Position numbers and translations under genes: made by a program. Under the pieces are notes generated by a model. It worked only from the letters and a program-made list of their open reading frames with translations, had not been told where the DNA came from and did not search any database. DNA of 64,000 bases from Acidimicrobiia bacterium (GTDB taxonomy: Bacteria; Actinomycetota; Acidimicrobiia; IMCC26256; PALSA-610): NCBI GenBank assembly GCA_038202885.1, contig JBBREP010000007.1, positions 12,327 through 76,326 on the forward strand, read 5' to 3'. The first letter of the stretch is position 1. The number at the start of each line of letters is the position of its first letter. This document shows positions 57,850 through 64,000 of the stretch, piece by piece.

Positions 57850-58749
57850 ATGGCCGCGAGCATCGACCTCCACGGGGTGTGGATACCGCTGATCACGCCG
57901 TTCGCCGCCGACGGCAGCGTCGATGTTGCTGCGGTCGAACGGCTCAGCAACGAGTATCTGGATGCGGGCGCGGTGGGAATCGTGGCCCTCGGCACCACCG
58001 GTGAGTCACCCGCGCTCGACGCTGCTGAGAAGCAGTCGGTGATCGACGCGTGCTCGCGCGGGTGTGTGTCGCGCGGCGCGGCGTTGATGGTGGGCACCGG
58101 CACGAACAGCACGCGCACCACGATCAGCGCGACCAAAGCGTTGGCAGGTATCCCGGCGCTCACGAGCGCGCTCGTGGTAGTGCCGTATTACGTGCGCCCG
58201 TCGGAGGCTGGAATCGTCGAGCACATCAAGGCGGTTGCGGCCGAGAGTCCCGTGCCCGTGGTGCTGTACAACATCCCGTACCGCACCGGCCGTGGGCTCG
58301 GTGCGAGCGCCATCCTCGAGTTGGCGCGCACGCCGAATGTCGCCGGCTTGAAGCAGTCTGTGGGTGCACTCGACGCCGACACGCTGGAGGTGTTGCGCGA
58401 CGCGCCCGACGGGTTCGGCGTGCTCGCTGGCGAAGACACCTACATCGAGCCGACGATCTTCATGGGTGGGCACGGCGCCATTGCTGCGGCGGCGCACGTC
58501 TGCACGGAACGGTTCGTGGCGATGGTCGAGTGCGGCTTGCACGGCAAAGTCGATGACGGTCGCCGCCATGCCGAGGCGCTCCTCGAGGTCGTGCAAGCCG
58601 GGTTCGCGGAGCCGAACCCCGCGGTGTGGAAAGCCGCGCTGCATGCGCAGGGTCGCATCGCAACGCCCGACGTGCGTGCCCCGATGACCAACGCGAGCAC
58701 CGCCGCCACCGACCGGCTCCTGCGAGCCATCGACCGCGCCGCGGTCTGA
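57850..58749 (+). CDS. dapA: DapA family (4-hydroxy-tetrahydrodipicolinate synthase-like)
   Basis: LITPF, GTTGES, PYY.RP, LYNIP.RTG, GLKQ, EPNP. Confidence 0.85.
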   Translation: MAASIDLHGVWIPLITPFAADGSVDVAAVERLSNEYLDAGAVGIVALGTTGESPALDAAEKQSVIDACSRGCVSRGAALMVGTGTNSTRTTISATKALAGIPALTSALVVVPYYVRPSEAGIVEHIKAVAAESPVPVVLYNIPYRTGRGLGASAILELARTPNVAGLKQSVGALDADTLEVLRDAPDGFGVLAGEDTYIEPTIFMGGHGAIAAAAHVCTERFVAMVECGLHGKVDDGRRHAEALLEVVQAGFAEPNPAVWKAALHAQGRIATPDVRAPMTNASTAATDRLLRAIDRAAV

Positions 58750-58831
58750 AACAGCGCTGCGCCGAACTCGCCGGTCACTTGCCCCGGCGTCCGGTGGTGT
58801 ACCGGGGTGTGTTGGTTCCTAGCCTGGGGCC

Positions 58832-59035
58832 ATGAATCGTCGGACTGCGAACGTGCTCCTGGTCACCTGTGGGTGGACCTTCTTCGTGTGGATCGTCGCC
58901 GTCAAGAACCTGGTGATCAACGACCACACCGCGGCGTTCCGCGCCGTCCACCTCGTGCTCGCGTTGGTATCGCTCGGCCTCGGTGCCGCCGTCGGCGTCA
59001 TCGGCTGGAAAGCGCGCCGACCCACTGGGGTCTGA
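58832..59035 (+). CDS. Small 2-TM membrane protein (SCO4848-like)
   Basis: W...W...KN, F..VH.VL; TAGCCT 6 nt upstream. Confidence 0.7.
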   Translation: MNRRTANVLLVTCGWTFFVWIVAVKNLVINDHTAAFRAVHLVLALVSLGLGAAVGVIGWKARRPTGV

Positions 59036-59090
59036 TTGCACCCGACGGCGTATAGCGCCGCGTGGTGCAGAGGAAAACCGGTTTGGGGGG

Positions 59091-62000
59091 CTAGAGGTCG
59101 GCGAAGGCTGCGGTGAGGATGCGTTCTTGTTCTTCGTCGTGGACCTTGCTGGAGCCGCTCGCCGGGCTGGCGCTGGCGTCGCGGGCCACCGAACGGGTTT
59201 CGAGGCGATCAGGGAGCAACTCGCGCATTGCTTGGCGGGCATAGATGCGTGCGCCCATGTTCTCGGGCTCTTCTTGCACCCACACCACCGATTCGAGTGC
59301 GGGGTAGCGCAACACCGTTGCCGAGAGCTCGGCCGTGGGGATCGGGTAGAGCTGTTCGACCCGCACCACCGCGGCAGGCGCGCCGGCCTTGTCGCGTCGC
59401 TCGATGAGTTCGTGGCCGATCTTGCCGGTGCACACGATGAGCCGTCGGACCGCCGAGGGTTCGAGCGCGCCCGCGTCCACGAGCGTCTTGCGGAAGCTGC
59501 CTGCAGTGAGTTCGTCGACGCGTGATGCCGTCGCCGGCATGCGCAGGTAGCGCTTTGGTGTGAACACCACGAGCGGTTTGCGTTCTGCTTCGCGCACTTG
59601 GCGGCGGAGCAGGTGGAAGTAGTTCGCCGCGGTCGTGGGGTAGGCGACGCGGATGTTGTCGTCGGCGCACAGCGCGAGGAATCGTTCGATGCGCGCGCTC
59701 GAGTGTTCGGGCCCCTGGCCCTCGAAGCCGTGCGGGAGCAGCAACACGAGCCCGCAGCGCTGCCCCCATTTGTCCTCGGCGGCCACGATGAACTGGTCGA
59801 TGATCGCCTGGCCCACGTTGGCGAAGTCGCCGAACTGTGCTTCCCAGCACACGAGCGCGTCACGATCCGCCGTCGAATAGCCGTACTCGAAGCCGAGCGC
59901 GGCGTACTCCGACAGCACCGAGTCGTAGATCATGAACGGTGCCTGCGCCGCGTCGAGATGGGCAAGCGGCGTGTACTCGGCCTCGGTATGGAAGTCGACG
60001 AGTGTGGCGTGGCGTTGGCTGAAGGTGCCGCGCCGCGTGTCCTGTCCGGCGACGCGCACGGGTGTGCCTTCGAGCAGCAACGAGCCGAACGCGAGCGCCT
60101 CGGCGGTGGCCCAGTCGACGTGATCGGTGTCGAAACCGGCGCGGCGAGACCCGAGGATGCGGCCGAGTTTCGGGTGCACGGTGAAATCGTCGGGGAACGT
60201 CGTGAGCGCGGTGACGATCCGGTCGAGGCGGGCTCGGTCGACGCCCGTGTCGACCGTGGCGGCGACGCGACGTTCGGGTTCGGTCTCGCCCCAACCGCTG
60301 CCGTGCGGTGAAGTGTCGTGGGTCTCCACGAACGCGCTCTCCAGCTTCGTGCGGTAGTCCTCGAGCATGCCTTCGCACGCGTCGACGGTGAGATCGCCGC
60401 GGTTCACGAGCACTTCGGTGTAGAGCTTGCGGACCGAGCGGCGCTGCGCGATCAACTCGTACATGCGCGGCTGGGTGAACGCTGGCTCGTCGCCCTCGTT
60501 GTGGCCGTAGCGCCGATAGCAGACCATGTCGACGACGACATCTTTCTTCCAACGCTGGCGGAACGCGAACGCAAGCCGGATCACGCGCACCGCGGCTTCG
60601 GGGTCGTCGCCGTTCACGTGGAAGATCGGCGCTTGCACGCCCTTGGCGATGTCGGTGCAGTGGACGGTCGAGCGCGCGAACGTCGGTGAGGTGGTGAAAC
60701 CGAGCTGGTTGTTGACCACGATGTGGACCGTGCCGCCGACGTCGTAACCCGGCAGCTCCGACAGGTTGAGCGTTTCGGCGACTACACCCTGACCAGCGAA
60801 CGCGGCGTCGCCATGAATGAGTACCGGCAGCACGCGGTCGTGATCGCCGTCAGCCGTGCGGTCTTGTTTGGCGCGCGCCATACCTTCGACGACGGGGTCG
60901 ACGGCTTCGAGGTGACTCGGGTTCGCGGCGAGCGTCACCGCAATCGGCGTGCCGTGGCGAGTAGGGAAATCTCCGTGCGCACCGAGGTGGTACTTCACGT
61001 CGCCCGAGCCCTGCGGCACGTTCGGGTCGAGCACACCTTCGAACTCCAAGAAGATCTGGCCATAGCTCTTGCCCACGATGTTGGCGAGCACGTTCAGCCG
61101 GCCGCGGTGGGCCATGCCCATCACGACCTCGCGCATGCCCACCGTCGCGGCCTCTTCCAGGAGGAACTCAAGCATCGGGATCAGCGTCTCTGCGCCTTCG
61201 AGCGAGAAACGCTTCTGTCCGAGGTACTTCGTGTGCAGAAACTTCTCGAAGGCCTCGGCCGCGTTGAGCGACAGCAAGATTTCCTTCTTGTCGTCGAACG
61301 TCGTCTCGTACGCCGTGCCTTCGACGTGGTCCTGGATCCAGGCCTTTTGGTCGTATTCCTGGATGTGCATGTATTCGACGCCGGTGGTGCGCGCGTAGGC
61401 GTCGCGCAGCACACCCAAGATGTCGCGCAACGTCATCGTGCGCTGCCCTGCGAGCCCTCCGGTGGGAAATTCTCGGTCGAGGTCCCAGATCGACAGGCCC
61501 CAGTGCGTGATGTCGAGCTCAGGGTGCGTGTGTGGCTCGGCGCGCGCGAGGGGATCGAGGTTCGCGATGAGATGCCCGCGCACCCGATACATGTTGATCA
61601 GTTGTTGCACGCGGATCGCCTTTTCGGCGAGCGCCGTCGTGTCGTCGAGCGGCTGGGCGTCGCGCATCCACCGGGCTGGCTCGTACGGCACCCCGAAACT
61701 GTGGAAGATGTCGTCGTAGAAGCCGTCGCCGCCGAGCAAGAGCTTGTGGATCGCGTTGAGGAACTCGCCCGACTCCGCGCCTTGGATCACCCGATGGTCG
61801 TAGGTGCTCGTGAGCGTGACGACCTTGCTCACGCCAACGCGCGCCAACGTGTGCGGGTCGGCACCCTGATACTCCGGCGGGTAGTCGATCGAGCCCACGC
61901 CGACGATCACGCCCTGGCCGGGCATGAGCCGGGGCACCGAATGCATCGTGCCGATCATCCCCGGGTTCGTGAGTGACACGGTGGTGTTCGCGAAATCGTC

Positions 62001-62690
62001 GGGCGTGATCTGCTTCGCGCGCACGCGCCGCAACAATTCTTCGTACGCCGCGTGGAATTGCGCGAAGTCGAAGGTGTCGGCCGACTTCACGTTCGGCACC
62101 ACGAGCGTGCGTGAGCCGTCGGGCTTCTGCTGATCGATCGCGAGCCCAAGGTTCACGTGCTGGTGATGGACGACCGCGGGCTGGCCGTCGACGAGCCCGT
62201 AGCTCGAGTTCATGCCGGGCGTGGTGCGCAGCGCGCGGAGCACCGCGAAACCGATGAGGTGCGTGAAGCTGACCTTGCCGCCGCCAGTACGGCCCAGATG
62301 GTTGTTGAGGATCTGGCGGTTGATCTCGAGGAGCTTGGCCGGGATCGTCCGCACCGACGTCGCGGTGGGGACGCCGAGGCTCAACTCCATGTTCGTCACG
62401 ATCGCCTTGGCTGGGCCCTTGATCGGCGTCGCCTCCTCGCCGTCGAGGACGTTGATCGTGCGCGGCCCGCTTGGCGCGGCTACCCCCCGCACCGGCGCGG
62501 GCGGCGAAGGTGTCGCGGCGACGGGCGACGCCGTCACCGTCGCGGCGGGCACGGTTGCTGCGCGCGGCGTGTAGTCGGCGAAGAACTCTTGCCACGCGAG
62601 GGCGATGGAGGCAGGGTTGTCCTGATAGCGCCGGTACATCTCGTCGACGAGCCCGGCGTTCGGCCCCAGCTCGTCGCTCTGGTCGGTCAT
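59091..62690 (-). CDS. kgd: Multifunctional 2-oxoglutarate decarboxylase/dehydrogenase (E2-E1 fusion)
   Basis: YDHRVIQG, GMAHRGRLN, HGDAAF.GQG, WEAQFGDF, GPEHSS; GAGGA before ATG 62690. Confidence 0.95.
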   Translation of the reverse strand: MTDQSDELGPNAGLVDEMYRRYQDNPASIALAWQEFFADYTPRAATVPAATVTASPVAATPSPPAPVRGVAAPSGPRTINVLDGEEATPIKGPAKAIVTNMELSLGVPTATSVRTIPAKLLEINRQILNNHLGRTGGGKVSFTHLIGFAVLRALRTTPGMNSSYGLVDGQPAVVHHQHVNLGLAIDQQKPDGSRTLVVPNVKSADTFDFAQFHAAYEELLRRVRAKQITPDDFANTTVSLTNPGMIGTMHSVPRLMPGQGVIVGVGSIDYPPEYQGADPHTLARVGVSKVVTLTSTYDHRVIQGAESGEFLNAIHKLLLGGDGFYDDIFHSFGVPYEPARWMRDAQPLDDTTALAEKAIRVQQLINMYRVRGHLIANLDPLARAEPHTHPELDITHWGLSIWDLDREFPTGGLAGQRTMTLRDILGVLRDAYARTTGVEYMHIQEYDQKAWIQDHVEGTAYETTFDDKKEILLSLNAAEAFEKFLHTKYLGQKRFSLEGAETLIPMLEFLLEEAATVGMREVVMGMAHRGRLNVLANIVGKSYGQIFLEFEGVLDPNVPQGSGDVKYHLGAHGDFPTRHGTPIAVTLAANPSHLEAVDPVVEGMARAKQDRTADGDHDRVLPVLIHGDAAFAGQGVVAETLNLSELPGYDVGGTVHIVVNNQLGFTTSPTFARSTVHCTDIAKGVQAPIFHVNGDDPEAAVRVIRLAFAFRQRWKKDVVVDMVCYRRYGHNEGDEPAFTQPRMYELIAQRRSVRKLYTEVLVNRGDLTVDACEGMLEDYRTKLESAFVETHDTSPHGSGWGETEPERRVAATVDTGVDRARLDRIVTALTTFPDDFTVHPKLGRILGSRRAGFDTDHVDWATAEALAFGSLLLEGTPVRVAGQDTRRGTFSQRHATLVDFHTEAEYTPLAHLDAAQAPFMIYDSVLSEYAALGFEYGYSTADRDALVCWEAQFGDFANVGQAIIDQFIVAAEDKWGQRCGLVLLLPHGFEGQGPEHSSARIERFLALCADDNIRVAYPTTAANYFHLLRRQVREAERKPLVVFTPKRYLRMPATASRVDELTAGSFRKTLVDAGALEPSAVRRLIVCTGKIGHELIERRDKAGAPAAVVRVEQLYPIPTAELSATVLRYPALESVVWVQEEPENMGARIYARQAMRELLPDRLETRSVARDASASPASGSSKVHDEEQERILTAAFADL

Positions 62691-62721
62691 GGTTTCATCC
62701 TCGCGCACCGAGGAAGCGCGA

Positions 62722-62760
62722 ACGGTTCGCAGCGACGATGCGCAGTCGCCCGTGAACCGT
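62722..62760 (-). terminator. Hairpin between DAHP synthase and kgd
   Basis: ACGGTTC.../...GAACCGT outer arm and GGCGAC/GTCGCT inner arm. Confidence 0.4.
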
Positions 62761-62766
62761 GACGGG

Positions 62767-64000
62767 TCAGGCCCGCATCAGCTCCGACAACCGGAACGCG
62801 AGCTCCAGCGATTGGCGCGCGTTCAGCCGTGGGTCGCACAGCGTCTCGTAGCGAGCGTCGAGGTCGCCGCCCTTGATCTCGTGGTCGCCGCCGAGGCACT
62901 CGGTCACATCGTCGCCCGTGAGTTCGACGTGTACGCCGCCGGGCCACACCCCTTCGGCGTGACACACGTCGAAGAACCCTGCGAGTTCGTCGATCACGGC
63001 TTCGAAGTGACGCGTCTTGTACCCGGACTCGTGTTGATAGGTGTTGCCGTGCATCGGATCGCACGCCCACACGACGGGGTGCTTCGAGTTGGTGACGGCC
63101 CGCAGAATCGGCCCCAACGTGTCGCGCACCTTGGTGGCGCCCATGCGCGTGACCAGCGTGAGCCGCCCGGGAGTGCGATCGGGGTCGAGCATGCCGCACA
63201 ACGCGACGGCTTGCTCGGGCGTCGCCGTTGGGCCGAGCTTCACCGCGAGTGGGTTGTTGACGCCCGCGAGGAAGTGCACGTGGGCACCGTCGAGTTGTCG
63301 GGTGCGTTCCCCGATCCATAGAAGGTGCGCCGAGGTGTCGTACCAGCCGCCGCTGATCGTGTCGCGGCGCGTGAGTGCTTCTTCGTAATCGAGGAGCAAC
63401 GCCTCGTGCGACGTGTAGATGTCGACCTCGTGGAGCTGGCGCTCCTTGGCGAGATCGATGCCGCACGCGGCCATGAAGCGCAGCGCCCGGTCGATCTCGG
63501 TCGACAGCTGTTCGTAGCGCTCGCCTTCGTGCGTGGTGTCGACGAACTCGAGGTTCCAGCGGTGCACCTGCGACAGATCGGCGAAGCCCCCTTTGGTGAA
63601 GGAGCGGAGCAGATTGTGGGTCGCCGAGGCTTGCTCGTAGGCGCGCAGCAGACGCCCGGGATCGGGACGCCGTGTCTCGAAGTCGAACTCGAAGCCGTTG
63701 ACGATATCGCCGCGAAAGCTCTCGAGTTCGACGCCGTCGCGCTGCTCGGTCGGTGCCGAACGTGGCTTGGCGTACTGACCCGCGATCCGACCGAGCTTCA
63801 ACGTGGGGAGCCCCGTCGAGTACGTGAGCGCGACCGACATCTGGAGGATGACCTTGATCTGATCGCGCACCTTGTCGGCCGAAAACTCGGCAAAGCTCTC
63901 GGCACAATCGCCGGCGTGCAACAGGAAGCCTTCGCCTGCGGCCACGCGTGCGAGTGATTCGGTGAGCGAGCGTGCTTCGCCCGCGTAGACGAGCGGTGGC
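62767..64000 (-). CDS. aroG: Class II DAHP synthase, 5'-truncated by the window edge
   Basis: GDCAESF, GRIAGQYAKPRS, WIGERTR, DPMHGNT, CDPRLN; frame open to the edge. Confidence 0.95.
   Translation of the reverse strand, partial: PPLVYAGEARSLTESLARVAAGEGFLLHAGDCAESFAEFSADKVRDQIKVILQMSVALTYSTGLPTLKLGRIAGQYAKPRSAPTEQRDGVELESFRGDIVNGFEFDFETRRPDPGRLLRAYEQASATHNLLRSFTKGGFADLSQVHRWNLEFVDTTHEGERYEQLSTEIDRALRFMAACGIDLAKERQLHEVDIYTSHEALLLDYEEALTRRDTISGGWYDTSAHLLWIGERTRQLDGAHVHFLAGVNNPLAVKLGPTATPEQAVALCGMLDPDRTPGRLTLVTRMGATKVRDTLGPILRAVTNSKHPVVWACDPMHGNTYQHESGYKTRHFEAVIDELAGFFDVCHAEGVWPGGVHVELTGDDVTECLGGDHEIKGGDLDARYETLCDPRLNARQSLELAFRLSELMRA

Overview
High-GC chromosomal segment of an Actinomycetota genome (kgd, whiB1, pdtaS, class E sortase, class II DAHP synthase). 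System I cytochrome c maturation suggests a deep-branching class such as Acidimicrobiia (inference). About 60 densely packed CDS: a DosR-like hypoxia block; a divergent acyl-CoA dehydrogenase pair; GGDEF and GGDEF-EAL genes; an aminotransferase-mmsA pair opposite coaA; a glycosyltransferase-folP operon; two degenerate membrane HD-GYP genes facing a DUF5317-like gene; a liu-like CoA cluster; a sortase opposite a complete ccm operon; Rrf2/TSUP/sulfite oxidase-like genes; GntR plus a mitochondrial-type aconitase; an Fe-S/ArsA/PdtaS/WhiB block; kgd; and a truncated DAHP synthase. No rRNA, tRNA, CRISPR array, transposase or phage gene was recognised. The most notable signals are non-coding or sub-genic: (1) a ~42-bp MIRU-like repeat lying in frame inside coaA and mmsA and at ATGA-coupled gene junctions; (2) a perfect palindrome that looks like a bidirectional leaderless promoter for the two ACAD subunits, within pervasive leaderless gene starts; (3) the degenerate HD-GYP pair + DUF5317 + structured leader module; (4) sigma-28-like promoters upstream of c-di-GMP and surface-protein genes. 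All family calls come from motif recognition by eye; no searches were run.
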